Positions 46,449-55,641 of a stretch of DNA of 64,000 bases are shown one piece after another. The position numbers were made by a program, and so were the translations under genes. A model generated the notes under the pieces. The model saw nothing but the letters and a program-made list of their open reading frames with translations, was not told the origin of the DNA and did no database searches. The stretch's first letter is position 1; every line of letters starts with the position of its first letter. Origin of the DNA: a virus; IMG/VR virus record IMGVR_UViG_3300020419_000859, one strand, 5' to 3'.

Positions 46449-46899
46449 AGACAGATTTGACGTGAGTGAAAATACAGCAATAAGCATGCCAATCCGGAAC
46501 ATGCTGGCCATAATCGGTGCCGTGGCCGTAGGAGTGTGGGCTTATTTCGGCGTGTTGGAACGTATCACAATGCTGGAGACTAAAGCACAACTAGCAGAAA
46601 AAGATTTAAATCAAGTTGTTGAAACACTTGGTAACGACATAGAAAAAAATAACGAATTTAGAATTAAGTGGCCTAGAGGAGAATTAGGTTCACCACCTGC
46701 CGATTCCGAGCAATTTATGTTAATTGAGCATATCGCAGGTCAGGTGGAATCCATACAGCAACAAATGGAAAATATGATGAACAATGGCGTAAACATAAAA
46801 AGACTTCAAGAGGATGTTAAGATCCTACGAGAAGATGTGGAAAAATTAAAGGACAGTAATAGAAATATTATATATCAAAATGGAACGAAAACACAATAA
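46441..46899 (+). CDS. Membrane-anchored coiled-coil protein
   Basis: ISMPIRNMLAIIGAVAVGVWAYFG TM segment; GAGGAG SD before ATG 46441. Confidence 0.65.
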   Translation: MSKDRFDVSENTAISMPIRNMLAIIGAVAVGVWAYFGVLERITMLETKAQLAEKDLNQVVETLGNDIEKNNEFRIKWPRGELGSPPADSEQFMLIEHIAGQVESIQQQMENMMNNGVNIKRLQEDVKILREDVEKLKDSNRNIIYQNGTKTQ

Positions 46900-47224
46900 A
46901 GATAGATCATCAATACTAGCTTTCATAGTAGCAATACCTTTAGTAATTTGTTTACTAATGTCAGGTGTATTTGCACAAAAATTATATGTAGGTGGAGAAA
47001 AATACGAGAAAGATGGTGTAGTTGCTTTAACATTAACACTTAACGGTAAATTAATTGAGTGGGTATACAAAGAAAATATAGGCCAATGCTTGAAATCAAA
47101 AAGGATAGCAAGTAGAGAAGTTGGTGGAGAAAGAGTTATATTTGCTTGTAAAATGGTAAAAGCTTTACTACAAGAAGATAAACAAGCAAAATATGGTATT
47201 AGGTTATTAAAAATAATTGAATAA
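46880..47224 (+). CDS. Exported or membrane hypothetical protein
   Basis: Signal/TM segment; CLKSKR...FAC Cys pair. Confidence 0.6.
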   Translation: MERKHNKDRSSILAFIVAIPLVICLLMSGVFAQKLYVGGEKYEKDGVVALTLTLNGKLIEWVYKENIGQCLKSKRIASREVGGERVIFACKMVKALLQEDKQAKYGIRLLKIIE

Positions 47225-47243
47225 ATAAAAGTGAGGTAATATT

Positions 47244-47666
47244 ATGGCTAAATTAGGTGACAAAACCGATTACAGTTATAGAGTAAAAAGGGTAACAAAG
47301 ATAGTAGATGGCGACACAATAGACGTGGTGCTTGATATGGGATTTGATATTCTATTTGCACAAAGAGTTAGATTATTTGGTATAGATACGCCAGAATCTA
47401 GAACAAGAGATTTAGAAGAAAAGAAATACGGTCTTAAATCTAAAAAATTTCTACAAGAACAAATCAAAAAAGCAAAAAAGATTACAATCAAAACATACAA
47501 AGATTCAGAAACAGGTAAGTTTGGTAGAATACTTGGCGATGTATGGTGTGATGGTAAATCTGTTAATCAATTAATGTGTAAAGTAGGCCATGCTGTAGCA
47601 TACTATGGTCAAAATAAAAAACTGGTTGAAGCTGCACATTTAAAAAATAGAAAAAGAGTGAGGTAA
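47244..47666 (+). CDS. Thermonuclease (SNase) family nuclease
   Basis: IVDGDTIDV, VRLFGIDTPE, GKFGRILG, GHA. Confidence 0.9.
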   Translation: MAKLGDKTDYSYRVKRVTKIVDGDTIDVVLDMGFDILFAQRVRLFGIDTPESRTRDLEEKKYGLKSKKFLQEQIKKAKKITIKTYKDSETGKFGRILGDVWCDGKSVNQLMCKVGHAVAYYGQNKKLVEAAHLKNRKRVR

Positions 47667-47668
47667 TT

Positions 47669-47875
47669 ATGAGTGATAATCAATTCGGACATGATTCACA
47701 TGAACATGATAAGACTTATGAAAATGAACAAAGTATGGTTACTATTCCTTTAAAAGAATATGACAGATTAAAAGATCAAGGTAAATATATTACCGATCAA
47801 AGTTTAATATCTGTAATAGATAAGATAGAGGAACTTGTAAGAGCTTTGAGAAAACATATACATAGACATTATTAA
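47669..47875 (+). CDS. Hypothetical protein
   Basis: 68-aa ORF with GAGG SD. Confidence 0.55.
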   Translation: MSDNQFGHDSHEHDKTYENEQSMVTIPLKEYDRLKDQGKYITDQSLISVIDKIEELVRALRKHIHRHY

Positions 47876-48156
47876 TGGACTTATTTTTTCAAATACTAAT
47901 AGAATTTGGACTACCTGTAGCAGCTGCGTCTGTTATGGGTGTGTTCATCTATATCATTTTAAAATATATTTTAGGTGGTATTGTAGGCTCTGTTAAGAGT
48001 TTACATGGTATAATCATGGGATTAGAAAACAGAATAGATACCATGAATAACGACCTAATACATATTGACACACTTATGTCCTCTGCTTTAAATTTGAAGC
48101 CAGATTTAGATAGAATTGCTAGATCAGATGGTAAGAATGACGCACGGAAAGACTAA
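47875..48156 (+). CDS. Single-TM coiled-coil membrane protein
   Basis: EFGLPVAAASVMGVFIY...RIDTMNNDL. Confidence 0.65.
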   Translation: MDLFFQILIEFGLPVAAASVMGVFIYIILKYILGGIVGSVKSLHGIIMGLENRIDTMNNDLIHIDTLMSSALNLKPDLDRIARSDGKNDARKD

Positions 48157-48410
48157 TGACGGTAATTGAAATACTAAATCAATATGGATTTGCGACAGTG
48201 GCTGCCTTGGCCATGGGTTGGTTTATATATTTTATATACACTTTTATTACACAAGAGATTACACAAAAACTCAAAGAGGCTTCCTCAGCCTTGATAGTCC
48301 TACTAGATAAAATCAGACGATTAGATAATGATCTGATAAGAATTAAAACTAAACTGAACACAATTCTTACAGTCCGAGAACAAGAAAAATTTAAAAAGAA
48401 GGACGATTAA
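48156..48410 (+). CDS. Paralogous single-TM coiled-coil membrane protein
   Basis: QYGFATVAALAMGWFIY...KIRRLDNDL. Confidence 0.65.
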   Translation: MTVIEILNQYGFATVAALAMGWFIYFIYTFITQEITQKLKEASSALIVLLDKIRRLDNDLIRIKTKLNTILTVREQEKFKKKDD

Positions 48411-48411
48411 T

Positions 48412-48419
48412 TATAAATA
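48412..48419 (+). promoter_or_regulatory. T4-type late promoter for the curli-like operon
   Basis: TATAAATA 5 nt before the csgF ATG. Confidence 0.7.
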
Positions 48420-48424
48420 TACGT

Positions 48425-48910
48425 ATGAAAACATCACTAGGAAAGGTGATGTTAGTAGTGTTTTTATATACTTCCTTGATTTCATCAATACTGGCATCCG
48501 AACTAACACATGAATTTAAAAATCCTGCCTTTTCTGGTAATGGCTACTCGTCTCATGTACTTTCTATAAATCAATTAGAAGTACAAAGAGAACAAAAAGC
48601 ATTTGATGACTTAAAATCAGCAGCTGCGGCCGCTGAAAGAGAAGAAAAAAACAAGACGGTAAATAAATTTATCGCCAATGTTGAGAGTAGAATTTATGCT
48701 AATTTATCCAAACAGTTAGTAGATAACATGTTTGGTACAGAATGCGACAGTAGTACTACTACTTGTCCAACAAGTGGCACATCAGAAATTGAAGGTGCTA
48801 CCATATCATGGGTAAAAGATACAACTACCGAAGTGATTACTTTAACGATTACAGCTGATGATGGAACAGTGACAACTATGTCTGTTCCTATAGGTGACTT
48901 TAAATTTTAG
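48425..48910 (+). CDS. csgF: Curli assembly protein CsgF-like
   Basis: Signal peptide then ASELTHEFKNPAFSGNG (compare CsgF GTMTFQFRNPNFGGN); C-terminal ITLTITADDGTVTTMSVP. Confidence 0.85.
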   Translation: MKTSLGKVMLVVFLYTSLISSILASELTHEFKNPAFSGNGYSSHVLSINQLEVQREQKAFDDLKSAAAAAEREEKNKTVNKFIANVESRIYANLSKQLVDNMFGTECDSSTTTCPTSGTSEIEGATISWVKDTTTEVITLTITADDGTVTTMSVPIGDFKF

Positions 48911-48918
48911 GAGAAATA

Positions 48919-49758
48919 ATGTTTAAAATATTAGCCGCTCTTTTATTAGGGCTGACTTTGACAAGTTGCGCTACGAATAAAAATATGGAAATATATAAAG
49001 GTGAGGCACCTTTTATTGAGGGTAGTACAACTAAAGAAAGATTATTGGCTTTACCTGATTTAGATAATCAGCCAATAATTACTATTGCTGTATACAGATT
49101 TACGGACCAAACAGGTCAGAGAAAACCTAGTACAAAGTTTTCTCAATTATCAACTGCTGTCACACAAGGTGGTAGTATGTTTGTTGTAGACGCTTTTAAA
49201 TCTATCTCTGGTGGAGATTGGTTTCAAGTGTTAGAAAGAGAAGGATTAGATAATCTAATTAAAGAAAGACAATTAATTAGATCAACTAGAACAGAATACG
49301 ATGGCGAAGCGAATGCTGGTAATGTTTTAAAACCACTTCTTTTTGCCGGAATAATAGTTGAAGGTGGCGTTATAGGTTATGATAGTAATATAAGAACAGG
49401 TGGACAAGGCGCTAGGTATTTGGGTATTGGAGTAAGTGAACAGTACAGAGTAGACGTGGTAACAATTACATTAAGACTAGTATCTGTACAAACAGGAGAA
49501 ATTTTATTAAATGTCAACGTGACTAAAACAATTGCTAGTCACGCAAAAGGTGGAGACGTATTCACATTTTTAGATATGAATACAAAGGCTCTAGAAATAG
49601 AAAGTGGCGTATCAGTAAATGAACCGGTAACATATGCCATAAGATCAGCCATAGAGCACGGAGTACTAGAAATAGTATATATGGGTAAAGATAAAGGTTA
49701 CTGGAAGTTTAAAGAAGAAAAGACAAAGGGAATACACAACAATGAAAACATTAATTAG
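48919..49758 (+). CDS. csgG: Curli secretion channel lipoprotein CsgG
   Basis: Lipobox LTSC; AVYRFTDQTGQRKP, STAVTQG, WFQVLEREGLDNLIKERQLIR, GARYLGIG. Confidence 0.95.
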   Translation: MFKILAALLLGLTLTSCATNKNMEIYKGEAPFIEGSTTKERLLALPDLDNQPIITIAVYRFTDQTGQRKPSTKFSQLSTAVTQGGSMFVVDAFKSISGGDWFQVLEREGLDNLIKERQLIRSTRTEYDGEANAGNVLKPLLFAGIIVEGGVIGYDSNIRTGGQGARYLGIGVSEQYRVDVVTITLRLVSVQTGEILLNVNVTKTIASHAKGGDVFTFLDMNTKALEIESGVSVNEPVTYAIRSAIEHGVLEIVYMGKDKGYWKFKEEKTKGIHNNENIN

Positions 49759-50425
49759 CTTTATATTATTCATCTTGATGACAAATTTATCATGGTCTAA
49801 TGATATATACGTCACACAGTCAGGTGCTAGTCTTGATTTAGATATAACACAAGACGGAGAAAATAACACTGTTGGTAATAGTACAACGGCGTCTGCTTCT
49901 GCTGGTGCTACGACTATATTAAACATAGATCAAATAGGAAACTCAAACGTAATTACATATCAGATTAACGGTGCAACATACACAGGTGTTATCAATTTAG
50001 TTGGTAACTCAAACAATGTTGATTTAAATTGTGATAGTACAGCCGGTAACTCATCATGTGGTAGTGCTAATGCAGTAATTAATTTTACAGGTAACTCAAA
50101 CGACATTGATTTAGATATAGGTCAAACATCATCAGCTACTTCAGCAGATGTTGATATAGTTGGTCAATCAGGTTCTGATTCAAACGTTGTTGCTGCTACT
50201 GTTGATGGTAATAGTGCAATCTTAACAATCACAGTAAATGGTGATACTAACAATTATTTAATTGACATAGACGGCAATGGTGACGCTAACGGTCATACAT
50301 TAATACACTCACACACAGGTGGTATTGCAGACGTAGATATTGTTCAAAGTGGTACTAACGATAACATGATTACGTTAACAACAAGCGGAGATAACGCAGA
50401 TATTGATATCTCTCAAACAGACTAA
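49742..50425 (+). CDS. Secreted curlin-like repeat protein
   Basis: Signal peptide; N/G/S/D-rich repeats with QxGxxN (ITQDGENN, IDQIGNSN, IVQSGTND). Confidence 0.7.
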   Translation: MKTLISFILFILMTNLSWSNDIYVTQSGASLDLDITQDGENNTVGNSTTASASAGATTILNIDQIGNSNVITYQINGATYTGVINLVGNSNNVDLNCDSTAGNSSCGSANAVINFTGNSNDIDLDIGQTSSATSADVDIVGQSGSDSNVVAATVDGNSAILTITVNGDTNNYLIDIDGNGDANGHTLIHSHTGGIADVDIVQSGTNDNMITLTTSGDNADIDISQTD

Positions 50426-50469
50426 TATGGATTACATAAACATTATTTTATTTTTTGGGATTATTTTAT

Positions 50470-51591
50470 ATGCAAACATTTCGTTTTACAATTGGGTTCA
50501 TACTCTTAATCCTTACGATTTTAGCGATAAACGTAAGAAGTAGTTTTGCTACAATAGGCGAAGTCACTTTACATAAAGGTAGTGCCGTTATAGACAGAAA
50601 ATCTGGAGAGAAAGACATTGAGGTACAAAAAAACCTTAATGTCTTCTCTTACGATACTGTAAAAACTGGCGATGGTAAAGTTGGTATACAATTCATTGAT
50701 GATACAAGAGTTGATGTCACTGAACATAGTAAATTATTAATTGACGAATTTATATACGATCCAAATACACAAACAGGTGCCTTATCTCTAAAGGCCACAC
50801 TAGGTACAGTAAGGTATGCTAGTGGTCAAATTGCAAAAAACTCCAAACAAAACGTAAAGATCAGTACACCTACGGCTACCATAGCTGTTAGAGGTACGGA
50901 TTTTACTATGACAGTTGACGAGATAGGTGGTTCAACTATTGTATTATTACCTAGTTGTGATGGTGCTGGTTTCTGTTATGTAGGAGAAATAGAAGTAATG
51001 ACAGACGCAGGTTTTGTAATAATGAATCAGGCCTTTCAAGCAACATATGTTGATAGTGTAGAAACAAAACCTATAATACCTGTATTATTAGATTTAGATA
51101 TTGATATGATTAATAATTTATTAATTGTAAGTCCACCAGAAAAGGTTGAAGAACAAATACAAACAGAAAGAAAGTTGGCAGTTGCTAGTGCTTTAGATTT
51201 AGACTTTTTAAAGTTTGATGAATTAGAAATTGACTTACTAGATAACTCTGCCGAAGAAGAAGCTTTTACAGCTTTAGATGTTGACTATTTAGATTTTGAT
51301 TTCTTAAAAGACATATTAGAAGAATTAAATAAACAACTTGCTTTAGAAATGAGAAGCGAATTTGATAAGAAAAAAAATAAAAAGAAAGCAGGACAAGATG
51401 AGTTTGGTGTAATATTATTAGATGAGGATCCACAATGGGTGTGGATGAGAACCGATGAATCAAATAATAATATTGTATTAAGATTAGATCAAGAATATGG
51501 ATATACTATAAACGTTATACAAGGAGATACAGAAATTATTGATTATGAGTTAGGTGATGGATCAAATCAAATAAGGATAAATCAACAATGA
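50470..51591 (+). CDS. FecR-domain periplasmic protein
   Basis: Signal/TM; DTVKTGDG...FIDDTRV...STPTATIAVRGTDF...GEIEV; acidic C-terminal part. Confidence 0.85.
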   Translation: MQTFRFTIGFILLILTILAINVRSSFATIGEVTLHKGSAVIDRKSGEKDIEVQKNLNVFSYDTVKTGDGKVGIQFIDDTRVDVTEHSKLLIDEFIYDPNTQTGALSLKATLGTVRYASGQIAKNSKQNVKISTPTATIAVRGTDFTMTVDEIGGSTIVLLPSCDGAGFCYVGEIEVMTDAGFVIMNQAFQATYVDSVETKPIIPVLLDLDIDMINNLLIVSPPEKVEEQIQTERKLAVASALDLDFLKFDELEIDLLDNSAEEEAFTALDVDYLDFDFLKDILEELNKQLALEMRSEFDKKKNKKKAGQDEFGVILLDEDPQWVWMRTDESNNNIVLRLDQEYGYTINVIQGDTEIIDYELGDGSNQIRINQQ

Positions 51592-53003
51592 AATATGTAA
51601 TAATAGGATTAACAATTATACTAGCTTGTTTAGGTACTTGTTTTTCTCCTAAAGCAAACGCTTCTGATACAGCATTAATATATCATAGTAGTTATCAAGA
51701 CTCTCATACTAATGTTAAAGATCAATTAGAGGCAGATGGCTATACGGTTACACTTTCAACAAGTGGTTCTGTTGCTAGTAATTTAATTAATAGTTATGAC
51801 ATTGTTGTAGATTTAAAATATAATAGCAATTGTGGTAGTACATGTAGAACAAATTATCAATCTTTTGTACAAGCAGGTGGTATATTAATTATCACTGGTG
51901 AAAATAATAATTATTCTAATAGAAATAATAATATTAAAAGTTTGATAACAAGTAAGTTTAGTGGATCACTTACACTAGGTGGCAACACAAGTGGTTGTGC
52001 TAGACCTTGTACTAGTCCTAATAACTCAAATACTATATCACAAACTAATACATCTATAACTGATAGCAATTATACTAGTTTTGGTTATTATCCTTATGGT
52101 ACTAAAATTACTTCAGGTGATGGTACATGGGTGGCAAAAAATACATCTGGCGATATTGTGTGGATGCGATGGACAGGTGACGAACTACCTAGTGGTTATA
52201 CAGGTGCAGTTTATATTACCTTTGATATAAACCAATTTGAAACAGCATTTGATGGTGCAAACTTTGATAGTTTTATTTCAGATTTATATACATCAATGTC
52301 AACACCTCAAGCAGGTATAACTTCATCACAACAAACAGAGGTAACTACAGCAAAAAATAAAACTAATAATGGTAATGCAATTTATATAACTCAAAGTGGT
52401 AGTGGTATTGATTTAGATATAGTACAAGACGGAGATAATAATTTAGTTATAGGATCAGATTTAACTAATGCAGGCTCTATACAAGGAGATAATAACGAGA
52501 TAACATTAACACAAAACAATAACAATAATGTAATAGGTATTGATGTAAATGGTAATACAAACGATGTAGATATATGGCAAGATACAGATCAACGAGCAGT
52601 TGTAAATATAACAGGCGCCTCAAATACACTAGACCTAGAACAATTACACCTAAATAACACCGGAGACCACTTTTCTAAAGTGACAGTGAACGGCAATAGC
52701 AATACAATGACAATTGACCAGAAAGAAACTGGCGATAAGGTATTATTTTTAGAAGTAGACGGAAATAATAATGTAACCGTAGATCAAAAAGGAACTGGTA
52801 GCCATTTTTTAGATGTAAATCTAACAGATAGTCACACTGTAGACGTGACACAAGACGGTACAGGTAGTCATAATGCTAAAATACATTTAAGTGGAAATAC
52901 ATCATCTGTTACCTTAACACAAGATAGTAGTACAAATCAAAACTATGTTCTTGAACAAAATTGCTCTAGTAGTAGTTGTTCAGCAACAGTGACACAAAAC
53001 TAA
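51588..53003 (+). CDS. Secreted protein: GATase-like/flavodoxin-fold N-domain plus C-terminal curlin-like repeats
   Basis: LEADGYTV...YDIVV...FVQAGGILIITGEN; then NAIYITQSG, IVQDGDNN, VDQKGTG, VTQDGTG repeats. Confidence 0.65.
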   Translation: MKYVIIGLTIILACLGTCFSPKANASDTALIYHSSYQDSHTNVKDQLEADGYTVTLSTSGSVASNLINSYDIVVDLKYNSNCGSTCRTNYQSFVQAGGILIITGENNNYSNRNNNIKSLITSKFSGSLTLGGNTSGCARPCTSPNNSNTISQTNTSITDSNYTSFGYYPYGTKITSGDGTWVAKNTSGDIVWMRWTGDELPSGYTGAVYITFDINQFETAFDGANFDSFISDLYTSMSTPQAGITSSQQTEVTTAKNKTNNGNAIYITQSGSGIDLDIVQDGDNNLVIGSDLTNAGSIQGDNNEITLTQNNNNNVIGIDVNGNTNDVDIWQDTDQRAVVNITGASNTLDLEQLHLNNTGDHFSKVTVNGNSNTMTIDQKETGDKVLFLEVDGNNNVTVDQKGTGSHFLDVNLTDSHTVDVTQDGTGSHNAKIHLSGNTSSVTLTQDSSTNQNYVLEQNCSSSSCSATVTQN

Positions 53004-53224
53004 TGATTAAATGGACTAAAAATAAATGGCAAAAATTTAAGAAGTGGTCTACAGTGGATCATTGGATTGATCTATTTGTAGATGTAGGACTTATTGCGTT
53101 TGATGTTTTATCTAGTCCAGTATTAATTGTTGTAAGATTTATTAGGTACTTTTTTAACAAATACGTAAACGGCCATATAAAAAGATTTTTAAAATGGTTT
53201 GCACATAAGGTATTGAGACTATGA
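53003..53224 (+). CDS. Small basic membrane-associated protein
   Basis: Coupled on both sides (TAATG and ATGA); hydrophobic core. Confidence 0.55.
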   Translation: MIKWTKNKWQKFKKWSTVDHWIDLFVDVGLIAFDVLSSPVLIVVRFIRYFFNKYVNGHIKRFLKWFAHKVLRL

Positions 53225-55032
53225 AATGGCTTACACATTGGACAATTGCGTTTGTAACCTTATTTGTTTTAACATTTATAGGTTTAAAAGAACCACAAGT
53301 AAAAGAGATATTAAGATTAAAAACATTTGATTTATTATTACAATCAGAAACAAAAGAATTATCACAAGACATAGGTATAATTACAATAGATGAAAAGGCA
53401 ATAGAAAAATATGGTCAATGGCCATGGCCTAGAAGTGTATTAGCAGACATTATACTTAAAGCAAGACTAGATGGTGCTCAGGTTATAGTAGTGCCTATAC
53501 TTTTTAGTGAACCAGATAGAATGGGATACGATGAAGATTTAGCAGACGTATTACCATATCATATAGTAATATCACAAGTTGGTACTAATCAAACAAACAA
53601 AAATGGTGTGCCTAGAGGAGTTGCAAAAGTAAACGATCCTTTACCTTTCTTATTTGAATGGGGAGGTATGTTAGGTCCTATAGAGAAATTTCACAACGCA
53701 AGTGGTGTAGGTGTATCAAACACTGTACCTGAAGTTGATGGTGTTGTAAGAAGAATACCTTTATTAATGAAAATAGGTGAGGACATATATCCTGCCATGG
53801 CAATAGAAGTTATTAGAGTTGCTGTAGGTGCTCCTAGTTATCAAGTTAAATCAGGAGAAGCAGGTGTACAAGCGATGAGGGTTCCTGGTTTTCCTACAAT
53901 TAAGACAGACGCAAATGCCAGAATATGGTTAAGATGGAATAAAGAATACGAAACTATATCAGCTGCTGATATGGATTTTACAAAGTTTGCCGGTAAAACT
54001 GTAATCATAGGTATGAGTGCTGAGGGTTTAGGTGGTATCATAGCAACACCAATAGGCGAAAGATATGCCTATGAATTAACGGCCTCTACTTTAAATACTG
54101 TATTACAAGGAGAACAAATAATAAGAACTGATATAATGCCTTTGATAGAAATGGCTGTTGCAGTTGTATTATCTATTTTAATGATTTTAGTAGTTAGATT
54201 TTTTCCTTATTTGTTTATTATAACTTTATTGATAGGTACATATGGTGTTAGTTGGATAGCCGTATCACTTCTTTTTGAAAATAAACTAATGTTAGTTGAT
54301 ATGAGTTGGGCGATGTTAACTTTATCTATAGTAGTATTTCATTCCGTATTCACAAGATTTATTTTAGAGTTTAGATTGAAACAACAAATTAAAAAACAAT
54401 TTGAACACTACTTAGCACCTGCCATGGTAAAAAGATTACAAAAAAATCCTGAACTTTTAAAATTAGGTGGTGAAACAAGAGAGTTAACATTTTTATTTTG
54501 TGATATAAGAGGTTTCACTCCTATTTCAGAAAAGTATCAATCTGATCCACAAGGACTTACAGTAGTTATAAACAAATTTCTAACACCCATGACAGACATA
54601 ATTATGAAAAATGGTGGTACTATTGATAAGTATATGGGTGATTGCATAATGGCGTTTTGGAACGCTCCTATTGATATTCCGAACCATAGGACAATGGCTG
54701 TTAAGTCTGCTGTGGAGATGGTTCACAAACTAAAAGACCTAAATAATAGTGAGGGTTTTGGTCCAGGTAATAAGTTAAACATTGGTATAGGTATCAACTC
54801 TGGTAAGGCCGTAGTTGGTAATATGGGATCAAAACAAAGATTTGATTATTCAGTTTTAGGTGACGCTGTTAATTTGGCGAGTAGATTAGAAGGAGTATCT
54901 AAAAATTATGACGCTACAATAATAATAGGATATGACACATACAAAAACATCAAAGAAAAATACAACTTCAAAAAACTAGATCAGGTCAAAGTCAAAGGTA
55001 AATCTAACCTAGTTTCCATCTACACTATTTAA
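53221..55032 (+). CDS. CHASE2-domain class III adenylate cyclase
   Basis: IDEKAIEKYGQWPWPR and DGVVRRIPL (CHASE2), three TM helices, FCDIRGFT, DKYMGDCIM, FDYSVLGDAVNLASRLE, VKGK. Confidence 0.93.
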   Translation: MKWLTHWTIAFVTLFVLTFIGLKEPQVKEILRLKTFDLLLQSETKELSQDIGIITIDEKAIEKYGQWPWPRSVLADIILKARLDGAQVIVVPILFSEPDRMGYDEDLADVLPYHIVISQVGTNQTNKNGVPRGVAKVNDPLPFLFEWGGMLGPIEKFHNASGVGVSNTVPEVDGVVRRIPLLMKIGEDIYPAMAIEVIRVAVGAPSYQVKSGEAGVQAMRVPGFPTIKTDANARIWLRWNKEYETISAADMDFTKFAGKTVIIGMSAEGLGGIIATPIGERYAYELTASTLNTVLQGEQIIRTDIMPLIEMAVAVVLSILMILVVRFFPYLFIITLLIGTYGVSWIAVSLLFENKLMLVDMSWAMLTLSIVVFHSVFTRFILEFRLKQQIKKQFEHYLAPAMVKRLQKNPELLKLGGETRELTFLFCDIRGFTPISEKYQSDPQGLTVVINKFLTPMTDIIMKNGGTIDKYMGDCIMAFWNAPIDIPNHRTMAVKSAVEMVHKLKDLNNSEGFGPGNKLNIGIGINSGKAVVGNMGSKQRFDYSVLGDAVNLASRLEGVSKNYDATIIIGYDTYKNIKEKYNFKKLDQVKVKGKSNLVSIYTI

Positions 55033-55142
55033 ACTTAACCAGGAGGTTATCTGATAAAAAGGATTATACTACTAGCTATATGCTGGTGTTTATTATGGTC
55101 AGTGACGAATAAGTTAAACGTGGAAAAACAACAAGAAAAGAT

Positions 55143-55150
55143 TATAAATA
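55143..55150 (+). promoter_or_regulatory. T4-type late promoter
   Basis: TATAAATA upstream of 55160. Confidence 0.7.
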
Positions 55151-55159
55151 TACAATAAT

Positions 55160-55600
55160 ATGGATAAACATACACAAGAAATTCAATTAGAACTAGCAAG
55201 GCTAACGAAAGATGTTGAGCAGGTAAGTACTATTCAAAATAGATTAGATACTGCCATTGACAAACTTACAGACGTTGGTGCTGATATTAAATCTATGCTG
55301 GCTGTACACGAAGAAAAGATAGAACACCAGGAAAAGATAGATGAAGTAATATTTTCTAAATTAAGGGTAAGAGCGGAAGAGACAGGAACTATAGAAAAAG
55401 AACTAAAAGAACATATAGAGTCGTCTGAAAAAAGAGTTAAGGAAGAGATACAATCGCTGAAAACCGAGTTTAGAGGTAGAATATCATTGTTAGAAAAGTA
55501 CAAGTGGATTATCATTGGTGCTTTTATAGCAGTAGAATTTATAACGGTTTTAATGATATCCAAAAAAGGTATGTTACCACTGTTTTCTCTTTTCAAATAA
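55160..55600 (+). CDS. Coiled-coil protein with a C-terminal TM helix
   Basis: RLDTAIDKL...LAVHEEKI...LEKYKWIIIG. Confidence 0.65.
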   Translation: MDKHTQEIQLELARLTKDVEQVSTIQNRLDTAIDKLTDVGADIKSMLAVHEEKIEHQEKIDEVIFSKLRVRAEETGTIEKELKEHIESSEKRVKEEIQSLKTEFRGRISLLEKYKWIIIGAFIAVEFITVLMISKKGMLPLFSLFK

Positions 55601-55602
55601 GC

Positions 55603-55631
55603 TTGACAATTTAAGACATTTGGTGTATAGT
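55603..55631 (+). promoter_or_regulatory. Sigma70-type promoter for primase-nrdAB
   Basis: TTGACA-N17-TATAGT. Confidence 0.7.
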
Positions 55632-55641
55632 AATATTTACT

